A DNA stretch of 64,000 nt from Octopus vulgaris (GCA_951406725.2 OX597820.1:65596001-65660000), one strand, 5' to 3'; shown: positions 13,975 to 26,893, counted from the first letter of the stretch. Made by a program: numbers and translations. Notes: generated by a model from the letters alone, not told the origin.

Positions 13975-14169
13975 TTTTTTTTTCTTCTTTCAAATTTGCT
14001 TCCATTTCTTGCCGAGTGTCTTCCCGACTCCTAGGGCAAAGAAACTCATAGTATACATTGGTAGGCCATTAAACCAAACTCAATAGTTCGTTCATTTTTT
14101 TTTTTTTTTTTTTTTTAAGTTAAATTAAAATACATGAGCAGCAAAAGTTCTCACATCGACAATGCTCTT

Positions 14170-14250
<81 letters not shown>

Positions 14251-14265
14251 TTTATTTTTTTAAAA

Positions 14266-14320
<55 letters not shown>

Positions 14321-14329
14321 GTTGTTATT

Positions 14330-15405
14330 TTTCTTATCACATGTTTTGTTAGACCTCCTAGAAACTTGTATGCGCAGCGGGCTTGCTACCTGCAGCCTAC
14401 GGTACCATGCTATTCGTTTCTTTTTTTCTTTTTTCAGCTAACACTTACCTGATCATTTTGGCCGTACCACGGAGGGAAAACTTTTCTAACAGTTCTACTG
14501 GGCATTCTATTCCAATTTCCTCTATATTCTCCTTGATGCATTCTCATACTCTTCTCAAGGACCCAATAATAATTGGCACTATCATCGTCTTCTACAGTTT
14601 CCATAACCTGGCTATTTCGTTCTTAAGAGTGTTGTATTTATCTATCCTTTCGCTTTCCTTCTAAGCTATTCGTGAGTCAAAGGGGCATGTAACATCAACT
14701 ATGTAGCATATGTGGTGCACCTTGTCCACCACCACTAGGTCCGGTCTGTTATGTTCTAACACCTGATCTGTTTGTATAGGGAAATCCCAGAGGATTTGTT
14801 AGTCTCCGACTCCGTCACTCTCTGCGGTTTGTGCTCATACCAGGTCTTGCCTCTCTCTAGCCCCCCACTTTTCGCAGTTTCCAATGTAGCCCTTTTGCTA
14901 CATTGCTCATGTCGCCACAACTTGTGGTGGTTTGGGGCAAGTCTTGGGCATTCGTTCGTGATATGGGCAATGGTTTCGTCCACTCAATTGCAAATGCGGC
15001 ACAGCGGAGACGCTTACTCATTATTTAGGTTGACCCTGCAGTTCGTGGCCAAAGCTTGGTCTCACACAGCCGGTATAGTGCTCTCCGTTTCTTTTTTTAG
15101 CGTTTCTTTCATCAGCCAATCCCACCTATTTTTTCCAACAACTTCTGTTGTGGCTACAGGGAATTGATTGTGTGCTCCCTTCTAGCGTAATTCTTCTAAA
15201 TGTCCTTTTTGTACTTCTTCCTTTGTTTTCTCTTTTTTCTCTTCTCTCAATATTCCCTCGTTCTTGACTGTCACTAGCAGTCCCCTTCCTCTATTTGCTC
15301 TCTCCGTGTATAGGTGATCAGTGTCTGCACGTGGATGATGGTTTCCAAGCATCGTTAGGAGTTTTATTGACCTCCTGTCCATTTCCTTTAGCTCCTCCTC
15401 TGTTC
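14330..15405 (-). mobile_element. 5'-truncated R4/Dong-like LINE (RT C-terminus, CCHC, RLE, 3' UTR) between (TTA)n tracts
   Basis: Translation MDRRSIKLLTMLGNHHPRADTDHLY..RGRGL; CRIC..ETIAHITNECP; WYEHKPQRVTE; ILWDFPIQTDQVLEHNRPDLVVVDK; VPIIIGSL. Confidence 0.85.
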
Positions 15406-15459
15406 ATTATTATCATTATCATTATTATTATTGTTGTTGTTGTTGTTGTTGTTGTTATT

Positions 15460-15752
15460 CAGTTGTCTTATTTTTTTCACATGCTTTCACTGCACTATCG
15501 AGTGCAGCTCTCTGTGGCTTGGGCATGTGCTATGGTATTTTGTGATGCTCTTGTGGTTACTGTATTGAAAGTGTTTTATGTAGGATGTGTGCAGTGCCTT
15601 GTAGTGATATTTTCTGTATGTTATATATATTTGTTAGTCCTGGTACTGGTGTTTTGTTATGTATTTATCTGAATATTTTATTATCATACCTAATGCGCCC
15701 ACTATGATTGGAATTGTGTCTCTTTTTAGACTCCACATTCGAGTTACCCCGC
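15460..15752 (-). mobile_element. R4/Dong-like LINE 3' fragment (second subfamily)
   Basis: VTRMWSLKRDTIPIIVGALGMI...NIYNIQKISLQGTAHILHKTLSIQ* plus a 3' UTR, bounded by TTA/TTG repeats. Confidence 0.8.
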
Positions 15753-15757
15753 CATTA

Positions 15758-15801
<44 letters not shown>

Positions 15802-16363
15802 GAGTTAGAAAACAGTATATGCCATCAAAGTGACACTGGGGTCAAATATACAAAGCCCAGTATACCCATCATGACTACCCGTCTGATAAGGGTACACCAG
15901 GCATATGCATCACAACCACATGAGCGCGACATGGTGATCTCATATCAAGATAAACAGTACATAACCTTGCATGAGGGTGGGGCCCAGTTAGAATTTTCTT
16001 CAGGTCGAGTAGCCTATCCAGCGCAAAAGATCTCTCAATAAGGGTTGTTCAAGGATGTTGAACGACACACCCACATTTCCAAGGTTGAATTATCCAAACC
16101 CCAAAGAATTCGTCTCGGCACACGGCTGTGATGCTCCCCCACTGCTTCTGCTCGCGATCATCGATGCACATATCGTCAGCCACTAAGGGACATAATTAGT
16201 TGGTTACGGTCAAGCTACTAACAAGCAAATCTGTGGTACTGAGCAGAATATTTGCCGTAGACCATTTTTTTTATTCCAAGACAAAACAATATACATGATA
16301 ACACTTCCAATCAGTTAAGGTCAGAAGCCATTAGCGCCACTGTCTGGTACTGCATCAAGGCAT
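15802..16363. mobile_element. Family E non-coding repeat, longest copy (about 560 bp), flanked by (TTA)n on both sides
   Basis: Four homologous copies in the window (13726, 15802, 42763, 55740). No ORF, TIR or tRNA head recognised. Confidence 0.85.
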
Positions 16364-17244
16364 TTATTATTATTATTATTATCATTGACATTATCATTAT
16401 TAAAAATAATCATACTAATTGTCAACAATAATGAGGAGGAGGAGGAGAATAATAATAATAATAATATTAGTAATAATAATAAGTTGTTTACTATAAACGT
16501 TTTCCACTATTAGCCAAAAAAGCAATTACTATAATTTTCCCAATTTTTCTTTCTTCTCACACTTTCTTCCTATCTCTGTCCCACTACCCACCTCTTTTTG
16601 CCTCTCTCTTTCTCTCCCCGTATCTGCCTCTCTCTCTATTACTCTCTCTCTCTCTCTCTCGATTGCTCTCTCTTTCTCTCTCTCTCTCCCTCAACTCCTG
16701 TTCATTACTTACGTAATCACTCTTATGAGCTCACCTGTAGTTTTTTCATACGTTTTGTTTCTGTCATGTTTTACAATACTGCGTTCAATATTGATTGATT
16801 TATCGTTTTACACATTGATCTTCAATGTTTTCAATAATCTCTTTATTCTCTCATCCCGCCGCCACACATGCACACGCAATCCACGCACACACACAATCCA
16901 CGTGCACACATGCGCACACATACACTCTGTATCTACCCCTCTCTCTCTCTCTCCTATTTTATTTTCCTTTGGCTTTTCCTCTCTATCAGTATTCAAATGT
17001 ATTCAAAATTATTGAAGTCCGACTGCTTCTGTTGTTGGTGATGTAACTTGATATTCGCCTGCGTATTTTGCCATATACAAATACATACATCAACAGACAC
17101 GCACGCATGTATATATATACGTGTGTGTATATTATATAAATATATCTGTGCATATCTATATCTATATCTATATATCTATACATCCCTACCTATATCTATA
17201 CGTACATATGTATATCTATCTATATATATGTGTGTATATCAATG

Positions 17245-17275
<31 letters not shown>

Positions 17276-17537
17276 GTATATGTATATATTGCACATACAT
17301 ACATAAATTGGCATATATGAAACATGTGTAACTTTGATAAATGTGTAGTTTTTTTATTTCAAAGCTTTAGTTGTGAAGATTGCTGCCGATGTGAAAACAT
17401 TGTATAATTTCATTGCATATATCATATTGTAATGATGAACTCATATGAGAAAAGTACTACTCAGTTGCAATCGATTATATGACGTTTTATGTGTGCATAC
17501 GTATGAGTGTATCGTGTGTATGTGTGTGTGTGTGTGA

Positions 17538-17580
<43 letters not shown>

Positions 17581-17679
17581 TAAACATGTGTATAACCTAT
17601 TATCTACAATCAGGTTAAACCCTATAAGACAATGCTGAGATCCACCTGATAGAAAGCACTCGAGAGATCTGCATGTCCT

Positions 17680-17955
17680 GACCACTTTAAGTATGGCGGA
17701 CTATCCTTTTCGTGGACGACGTATGAGCATTCAGCTTTTGCCGAACGACCTGCACAAATGATTTGTTTATAGTGCTCAAACGTTCGTGCCACACATTAGT
17801 TCTCCCAAGTCGGCGTTATCTGAACAGAGGTACAGTATACCAGGCATCAGGTTTCGAATTCATCACAGAGCAACACGTGTTTTGCTCAAGACCTCAATGC
17901 ACTACCCGATATCCACACGATATCGCACTCGTGAGTGCAACACCCTTACTGTGAC
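17680..17955 (-). mobile_element. Decayed SINE, probably family C/D
   Basis: 'gagcaac..tgttttgctcaagacctcaatgcac...ctcgtgagtgcaacaccc' resembles 32625-32745. Confidence 0.45.
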
Positions 17956-18547
17956 TTCAAGTATATAATACAATAATTTCAAAATTGTGTGAAAGTTGCT
18001 TTTGTTATCATTGTTCACTGGAATTTTGCATCAACAGCGATGTTAAACAAGTCTATATACTCGATCCCATCATGTTTGCTATGGGTAGGTGATAATCAGC
18101 GAGCGAAAATCTAGGCATGGGATTACCGTTCCATACAGATATAGCAATGCATTATTCAACCTATGACAACTGGAAAGAATTTTTTAAATCCATCACCTCA
18201 TGCTATGGTCTCTTAGCAACAATATGGCACCGATAATGCTGTGTCAAGTGATACTGAATTCTACAAACAAAACGACTTCGATAGATTTTTTCGCGCTTAC
18301 TTATACGAAAGAGGAGGATCATAGGACAGTATCCTTCAGAATATTAAGCGAGAGAAGGAGAGAGGGAGAGAGAGAGAGAACTGTTCAAATAACTCTATTC
18401 CAGGTGAAATACTTTCATCCTTCAGCTACCTCGCAAGCAAATTGTCGAACTTCTATTCTCACGAACATAACATTAACAGCCTAACGCTTTTTCCCCTCCA
18501 AGATGTTTTTTGATCTGACACTTACACGCTATTATTTATGCGATGTA

Positions 18548-19375
18548 AGGCGGTGAGCTGGCAGAAACGTTAGCACGCCGGGCGAAATGCGTAGCCGTAT
18601 TCGTCTGCCGTTACGTTCTGAGTTCAAATTCCGCCGAGGTCGACTTTGCCTTTTATCCTTTCGGGGTCGATAAATTACGTACCAGTTACTCACTGGGGTC
18701 GATGTAATCGACTTAATCCCTTTGTCTGTCCTTGTTTGTCCCCTCTGTGTTTAGCCCCTTGTGGGTAGTAAAGAAATAGGTATTTCGTCTGCCTTTACGT
18801 TCTGTGTCCAAATTCCACCGGGGTCGACTATGCCTTTCATCCTTTCGGGGTCGATAAATTAAGTACCATTTGTGTACTGTGGTCAATCTAATCGACTGGC
18901 CCCCTCCCCCAAAATTTCGGGCCTTGGGCCTAGAGTAGAAAAAATTCTTTATGCAATTTTCTGGAAGAATCTTTACACACCCGGGCAAAACGTTTAGTAT
19001 TTCGTTTGTCTTTACATTCTGCGTTAAGTTCCACATAGGTCAACTTCACCCTTTATCCTTTCGGGATAAAATAAATACCATTTGCGCACTGGGATTGGCG
19101 TAATCGATTTGTCCCTTCCACACAAAATCAGGCCTTGTGCCCCTAATAGAAAGAACTATTTATGCGGTGCATTGGGATAATCGTTTTCGCACCGGACAAA
19201 GAGCTCAACATTTCGTCAGCCTTTACTTCCTGCATTCAAATTCCAACAAGGTAGACTTTGCCTTTTATCCTTTCGGGGTTGATAAAATAAATAGCAGCTG
19301 AGCACTGGAGTCGAAATATCGACATACATTCAAAGCCCCAAAACTTCAAGCCTTGTGTCAATAGAAGAAAGGATT
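18548..19375 (+). mobile_element. Head-to-tail array of four SINE family B units
   Basis: The core gtcgact(t/a)tgcctt(t/c)atcctttcggggtcgataaa recurs near 18638, 18823, 19038 and 19251. Confidence 0.9.
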
Positions 19376-19559
19376 TATGAATTTACCTACTTCGAGTTCA
19401 ACTGTTAAAAACGAATTATTTCATGTTCTCTCGAAGTTTCTAAACTTCTTGCTACGTAATTCCTCGGTTGTATTTAATCGAACTCGAAATAATGAAAGGC
19501 ATGGTAATCTTCGGTAAAATTTGAACTAACAAAGGAGAGAACCGAAACGAAATTTCTCT

Positions 19560-20210
19560 AACGGCTCCGCATATACATGTCTGATATGAAGGAGGTGGTA
19601 GCCTGTAATCCAGAGAGATGTATATTAGAGCGAGAATGAATGTATCAGCTCTATCAGGTTCTCTCTATATATATGTCAGTATGACAAAGGTTTGGGGTAC
19701 CACTCAAAAAATACATTTTTAACTACGGTTATCTGAGACACAGAACGAAGGATATGACGTGTCGAGCAGCTGTACTCCCTTCATTGCCAGATGGCTGCGA
19801 AAATTGGACAAAATACCAGCATTCAACTATGTTGCCTTGAGAGATTTCATCGAGCACAATTGCGATCTGTCTTGACACTCAGATAGGGTGAGTTTATTAC
19901 AAAGAACGATGTAGTCACAAAACAGAACAAAACTGAATAAATAAATACAGCAGATTCCATAACAGTCATTGAACAAAAAAATATTAACTCTGATGGTTAA
20001 TGCATTTCAAAAGTATATCGCATACAAAAGAATGCAAACAAATATTGCACTTCTGAACTTAGAGGACATCACCCAAGAGATGCACCTCAGAAATGTGTTT
20101 GTGACTTGATAAAGATCATGGCCTCCTTCAACGTCAAACGCATCAATCAGGAAGATAAAGCTGAACACCGGAAGAATAGAAGGCAGACATGCAGAAATGG
20201 AGGTATTGCT
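19560..20210 (+). mobile_element. RTE-clade LINE remnant (RT C-terminus)
   Basis: RAAVLPSLPDGCENWTKYQH; LERFHRAQLRSVL; SELRGHHPRDAPQK; MASFNV..QEDKAEHRKNRR match RTE/BovB motifs (LLYGCETWT, LERFH, GKRPRG). Confidence 0.7.
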
Positions 20211-21010
20211 ACCAACGTACATGTACTCAGAAAACCGATGCTGTACATACTTGTATATGAGTGTGTCTCGATATTTGTGTGTACGTGTGTGTCTGAGTGC
20301 TCGAGTGAATGTGTGTGTGTGCGTGTGTGTGTGTGTGCGTGTATGAACAAATATGTATGTATGTATATATATATATGTATGTGTGTGTATGTATATATTA
20401 TGTATGCATGTATGCGTATATGTATGTTTATACATATATATATATAATAGAAAGTATATATATATATATATATATATATTCATTTATAGGCACACACAGA
20501 GAGCCTGGCACAGAGAGATTGACAGATAGATATGCATATATATACATATGCATACACACCCGCACATACAAACACACACACACACACACACGCACGCACA
20601 CACACACGCACGCACACACGCACAAATATATTTAAACATATACGCGCAAAGATACATCCATATATACCTACATGTATGTACATGTATATACACTTACGTG
20701 CGCGACTGTCTGTGTTTGTATATGTATCTATGAGTGTGTGTGTTTGTGCAGCATGTGTGTGTGTGTTCGTACATGCGTGCGTGCGAGTGTGTGTGTGTGT
20801 GTGTGTGCGATTGTGCAGTGGTGTATATATGTTTGTGAATATCTACTTCCGAATATGCTACGTATATATTTATGTTTGGTAAACGGTAAAAATCTAGATG
20901 ACATTTGATTTCCAAACAGGATATGAATGCTCATTTTTTTTCTTATGATCACATGACTTCTTTCACTAAATTTAAAAGTAGCAGCAGCAACAGCAGCAGC
21001 AGCGGTAGTG

Positions 21011-21076
<66 letters not shown>

Positions 21077-21531
21077 TACAAATCATAAAATACTTTCACT
21101 GAAATCTCAAATCTGTCTCATCAAACGTACAAAAAATTATGACTGTACTGACTTCTGTTGCTGTTTTGTTTGCTTTTTGTTGTTGTTGTTGTTGTTGTTG
21201 TTGCTGTTGTTGTTCAAGTTGGTTTTAAAATGGAAGCCGAACATATACAGCAAATTAAAAAAAGATGAAAGAAAAGAGTGCAAAAAAAAAAAACATGTAA
21301 CAAAATTAAATACAATCTAAAAAAAGATTATGATTTCAAAATATGTACAAAATAGATGATAAAACAACAATAAAAGAAAGACGCTAATACTACTACTACT
21401 AATAATAATAATGACGATGACGATGATGATGATGACGACGATGATGATGACGACGACGACGACGACGGTGATGATGATGATGACGACGACGACGACGACG
21501 ACGACGATGATGGTGATTTTGATGATGAAGA

Positions 21532-21725
21532 TTTCAAACTTTGGCACGAAGCCAGCAATTTCGGTAAAGGTGGGGGAGAGGTAAGTCGGTTACGTTGACC
21601 CCCAGAGTTCAACTGGTACTTATCTGATAAGTAAATTCAACATCAGTGTAAATTGGGGCATAGAAGTGACAGACGGACTAAATGCCGCTAACACGTTTTG
21701 TTCAGCGACCTAATAATTCTGCCAG
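21532..21725 (-). mobile_element. SINE family B
   Basis: tttcaaactttggcacgaagccagcaatttc...caactggtactt...ataattctgccag. Confidence 0.7.
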
Positions 21726-22218
21726 TCTATGTATGTGTGTATGTATGTATGTATGTATGTATGTATGTATGTATGTATGTATGTATGTATGTATGTATGT
21801 ATGTATGTACAAATATGTGTATATATATGTGTATGTACATGTACGTGCGTGTGTGTGTATGTGTGTGTGCGTGTGTGTATCTTTAAATGACACATTAGAC
21901 AAACATTCTAAAATAATATTATTTTTAGTATTATGAATTTAAATTTATGATATTATTATTATTATTATTAAATTTAATAATATCAATATTCATAATGTAT
22001 TCGCTATACAGTAATGAAAAAAATCTATAACATGGAATAAAAAATATACCAAACTTTATATGTATGTTAGCGTGGGGGGGGGGGGGTACATTTGGCTTGT
22101 AAGATTCTTGATGGGAATTTGAGTGTTGAAGCAAATCTTGTAATGACTTGGGAGGGTTATTATGCCAGTAATAACAGTGCGTGTGTTTATTGTTATTGGC
22201 GTAATGATTCTCCCATGA

Positions 22219-22263
<45 letters not shown>

Positions 22264-22289
22264 GCACACACACACATATGTGTGTGTGT

Positions 22290-22709
22290 ATTGTGTGGTG
22301 AGTAGCATGCTTACTAACTACATGGTTCCGGGTTCATTCCCACTGCGTGGCACCTTGGGCAAGTGTCTTCTACTATAGCCTTGGGCCGACCAAAGCCTTA
22401 TGAGTGGATCTGGTAGACGGAAACCGAAGGAAGTCCGTCGTATATATGTATATTTATATATATGTATGTGTGTGTATATGTTTGTGTATGTGTGTGTATA
22501 TGTTTGTGTGTCTTTATTTGTTCCCCCCTCAACATCGCTTTACAACCGATGGTGGTGTGTTTACGTCCCCGTAACTTAGCGTTTAGGCAAAAGGGACCGA
22601 TAGAATAAGTACTAGGCGTCCAAAGAATAAATTCTGGTGTAGATTTGCTCGACTAAAAGCAGTGCTCCAACATGGCCGCAATTAAATGACTGAAACAAGT
22701 AAAGATAGA

Positions 22710-22711
<2 letters not shown>
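22290..22711 (+). mobile_element. SINE family A
   Basis: Head ggttccgggttcattcccactgcgtggcaccttgggcaagtg, internal TA/TG tract, and tail ...aaatgactgaaacaagtaaag. Confidence 0.92.
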
Positions 22712-22780
<69 letters not shown>

Positions 22781-22920
22781 TATCCATGTAGAAATGTAGA
22801 ATGATGAAACGATCGTAAACGATGTATTAAAACGATTTGCTACTGATTTTCTTATGTTTATATGTATGTATATACTTATATACATACATATATATAAATA
22901 CACACACACACATATATATA

Positions 22921-22990
<70 letters not shown>

Positions 22991-23286
22991 TGCACACATA
23001 TACATGCAATGCATAATAATCAACCGAAAGAATCTACAAGGTTCTTAATCCATATCACTGACACAACACCTTACTCCGCACATCTACAATCCCTACTGAA
23101 GAATTCGGTAGCGTCACACATAGTTGTACACATGAATTTACCGACCAACAAATCCATGTCCAACTGATATATATACGCTGAACCATGCTGTAACTATGAC
23201 AGTGTAGTACTAGTACGCCTTTGACAAAGTATGTCAACAGGTGAATCATGGAATTATTAGTCATGGGTATGTCACTACCAACAATG

Positions 23287-23510
23287 TTGAGGCGTGTGGT
23301 TTAGTGGATAGTTTGTTGGACTCATGATTGTAATATTGTAGTTTCGATTCTTGGACTGGGCGACGCGTTGTTTTCTTGAGCTAAACATTTCATTTCACGT
23401 TGCTCTATTGCGTTCATCTGAAAAAAATGAGTAATACTGCTACAGACCGGCGTCCGCCATGAAACCGGGAAACTGGCCCTCGTGAGTCGGTATGACAGGT
23501 GAAGGTAATT
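23287..23510 (+). mobile_element. tRNA-derived SINE, family C/D
   Basis: gaggcgtgtggtttagtgg...gtttcgattc...gaaaccgggaaactggccct. Confidence 0.8.
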
Positions 23511-23619
23511 TTACCTTTCTTTTTTTATCTCTACCAACAATAAATAAGAGGCTTAAATATGTAATGAATACATTTGATAAATTTCAGTGAAGCACAAAGA
23601 AAACAAATTAGAAGTAGAA

Positions 23620-23810
23620 TCCAAATTAATTTGTGGAACCCACTTTATGGTGACGTAAGAAGAGGAAAACGTCGCCAAACTTACATCGACAAATTCTATA
23701 GAGACACTGATCTGGAATCTATCCAGGTCTTCGAGGTAATTATAATATACTGAGAAGTGTTGCGAGAGGACTGTGTTGCTGCGGCTCTTGTTGGAACCTG
23801 GCCATAATAA
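23620..23810 (+). mobile_element. RTE-like LINE 3' ORF remnant
   Basis: LWNPLYGDVRRGKRRQTYIDKFYRDTDL resembles the RTE C-terminal LW.P..G.R.RGRP..TYID motif. Confidence 0.6.
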
Positions 23811-24031
23811 AAAAAATATATAAAAAACAGTGTAATTCTCTTTCCCTACTAATATACCAATATCTTAAACTATATTGAACACGTATAAACGCTATGATCA
23901 ACAATAGATTATCTTTATATACAGATGTACGATTTAGATGATAAACAACAAATAATACCACTTCAGACAGTATACGAATTTAGTAGACCAATTGATGTAG
24001 AATTTCAGCTAGAAACCTTGCCAATACAATC

Positions 24032-24253
24032 CAGTGGTTTGCAATTGGGGACCATATGGCTCTTGGCGGTCCATATAAGATTTTGTTAAAATTTATACAC
24101 AATATATAGGTTATACTTCTACAACGCACAAAACATTTTAATAATTATGTTTATAGAGTTTCTAATTATATCTAATTATAAAAAATACACTATGATCTTT
24201 TTTAAACATCGAATGGCCAGGCAATAGGTAATAAAAATGGTTGAGAAACACTA
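24032..24253. mobile_element. hAT (Charlie-like) MITE
   Basis: Termini cagtggtttgcaa / ttgagaaacacta; degenerate 8-bp TSD atacaatc (24024-31) versus atgcaacc (24254-61). Confidence 0.65.
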
Positions 24254-24299
24254 ATGCAACCTCAAAGAGTTGAAAATCCCAAAAGCGTAACATTTATAG

Positions 24300-24600
24300 T
24301 ATCAGATAATGAAACATAAGTGAATGAGATCAACGCAGATTTATATATTCTAAGGAAACTATGAACGAAACAAAGTACAACAAAAGTTTATTAAAGAATG
24401 TTACAGACACATTAGATAAATACTTAAAACAGAACTAATTGTAAAAGAAAAAAAAATTAATGTTATAAATATCAGTATTTTAGCTGTGTCCAAGTAATAA
24501 CTTATAGCTGTAATGTTCTGAAATGAACGTTAATTTAATTTATAAGAACTAGACTGGAAAGCGAAAAAATTAATGCACAGGTGTCTGAGAATGTGCGACC
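24300..24600 (+). mobile_element. R4/Dong-like RT remnant
   Basis: KECYRHIR*ILKTEL...INISILAV..VITYS..ELDWKAKKLM. Confidence 0.55.
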
Positions 24601-25255
24601 GAGACCGTCGACGTGGCAATAAATGATGCACGCAATCATCAGGATGACGGATGATAAAAATGTACAGAGTTGTGTGTGTGGGGGAAATGGCGTCTGTAAT
24701 AAAGACATATCTATTATGGCTGAATGTGAATATGATTAAGTTCAATGAGTCTGCTAATAGCGTCGACGGATCTGTCAGTGCGTCAGAGAAAAGATGGGAT
24801 GTAGTTTTGCTGGTTTTAAACAGATGCAAGTACACATTAAATAAAACACATTGTATGATAGAAACATAAGCATAAAGAATAATTTACAGTTACACCCAAA
24901 TTTTGCTGCACTACTTATTTGGAAGAGTACATTCTTCAGCTATACACTTATATCTACTATTAACTGCGTAAAGTAGTTTCTTTATGATTGTGTGCGTATC
25001 TATATGCGTGCTAGTTTGTATATATACATGCATATATGTGTAAATATATATATATAAATATATATATAAATATATATGCACATACATACATCTATATACA
25101 CATAACACATACACACACATATATAATATATATATATATATATTAGGGTAAAATTAATTAATCGATAATAAATAATTTTACCAAGTAGTTCGGTATGTTA
25201 AAAGAACCATTATCGGTAACATTATACAAAAATTTTATAATTATAAGCATAATTA

Positions 25256-25850
25256 TAATTAGCGTTCAGCAAAAATTTCTTCCCCACATAGCGAAATTTA
25301 GTAATAGCAGTTAAATACTATTCCACTACCATAAGATATCTCCCAGACAGTAATACTCTCAACTCCCGCAGGTAAAGAGAAAAAATAACGAATCCACCCG
25401 GGTTTGATTAACTGTATACGCGTTTCTGGGTTAAAGAAATGTAAAAAGATGTAAAATAATATTTCTACTCACATACTCCCGTCATCAGTGTAGTATTTCA
25501 ATTTTAAATTTAAGAGCGCTGACAATTAGCATACGTACTCGACCAAGCGCCATCGATGGCGCTTGGTCGAGTACGTATGTTAATTATCAGCGCTCTCAAA
25601 TTTAAAATTGAAATAATATACTGACGACGGGAGTGAGTAGAAATATGGTTTTACATCTTTTTACATCTCTTTAACCCCAAAACGCGTATACAGTTAATCA
25701 AAGCCGAGTGGATTCCTTATTTTTTTCTCTTTACCTGCGTGAGTTGTGAGTATTACTGTCTGGTAGATATCTTATGGTAGTGGAATAGTATTTAATTGCG
25801 ATTTCTAAATTTCGCTATGTGGTGAAGCAATTTTTGCTGAACCCTAATTA
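25256..25850. repeat. Spacer-less palindrome of about 595 bp; arms resemble a Penelope-type pseudo-LTR
   Basis: Centre gaccaagcgccatc|gatggcgcttggtc at 25554/25555. The arms are reverse complements out to taattagcgttcagcaaaaat / atttttgctgaaccctaatta. Confidence 0.95.
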
Positions 25851-26317
25851 GCATTAATCGTGACAGTTTCAGAGGCGTTTTTAAGAAGTAATCGAATTCT
25901 TCCGTAAACACCACTACTGGAACCTTCCTTATGTTGAATCTGGAACTTCCATTGTATCGTGAAACTGCATGCCGGCGTGCATGGGTATATAATTTCAAGT
26001 ACTTGTATATCTATACTTAAGTGTATATTTCTGTGTGCACATACATGTATGTGTAACTCTATGAATAGACACCCATATATGCATGGGCCTATGCGGTTGT
26101 GGTTCTGTGTGATTTTTGTGTCTATCCTCATCTATATTCATAAAATATTGGCCCACGACCGAAAGAGCCCGATCGTAAAAAGAAGTGGCCGAAACGGGAG
26201 CCCTCTGAAGAATCTCACTATTCGACAGGGTTACATATCTGGAAGATCAAAGAGTTTCTTCACATCGAGCAGCAGCCTCTTCGCTTCGATAGGTTACACC
26301 TTCACATTCTACTGACA

Positions 26318-26577
26318 TGTTAGTTAGTTAGTTAGTTAGTTAATTTGGCTCAAAAGCAAATAGCAAGGCCATGTAGGGGGACATGGAGTTAAGTACAGGG
26401 TGGTGTTCATGTAAAGAGTTCAGGCCACTTGAGGTCCAGGGAGGCTTTGAATAAAGCGGTCGTCGGCATCTTCACCATCTCGTCTGGCAGCTTGTTCCAC
26501 GGATCCGCAACCCGGACGGAGAAAGCTCCTCTCCTTCGATTGAGATGAAATCGTCGCAGGTAGAGCTTTTCGGAATG
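26318..26577 (-). mobile_element. 5'-truncated CR1-like LINE 3' end with (AACT)n tail
   Basis: HSEKLYLRRFHLNRRRGAFSVRVADPWNKLPDEMVKMPTTALFKASLDLKW..* matches the CR1 ORF2 C-terminus; followed by a short 3' UTR and a tetranucleotide tail. Confidence 0.85.
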
Positions 26578-26893
26578 TTTGTTCCTATTTAAATGTCGTG
26601 GGAAAGAATCGCAAGACGGATTGTTCAAGATGAACTAACCGGCAGGACACCTGGCTGTTGAGCAATAACGAGATGATTGGATAACTTAGGAAGTCTCAGT
26701 TATTGACACTTCTTTACCCTACCGGAAAGTCTAATGATGGTTGCTTCTGATGCGACTTTATGGAGGAAGTGCCTGAGGACTCTACGTCCACGACGTAGGA
26801 ATACAAATGATAGTTAGTGAATAGAGTGACGGTTGGGTAGTTGCTTACTCGAGCAAGAATGAGTTGACCCAGAGTTAAATAGGAACAAACATT
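26574..26893. mobile_element. MITE-like element with a perfect 19-bp inverted repeat
   Basis: aatgtttgttcctatttaa (26574-92) and ttaaataggaacaaacatt (26875-93). Confidence 0.7.

Noticed and set aside
18548-19375. CRISPR-like repeat/spacer array
   Set aside because: The units are ~200-bp SINE copies in a eukaryotic context, with no unique spacers or cas genes.
25860-26310. Possible integrase-like or older CR1 fragments
   Set aside because: The similarities are too short and ambiguous.
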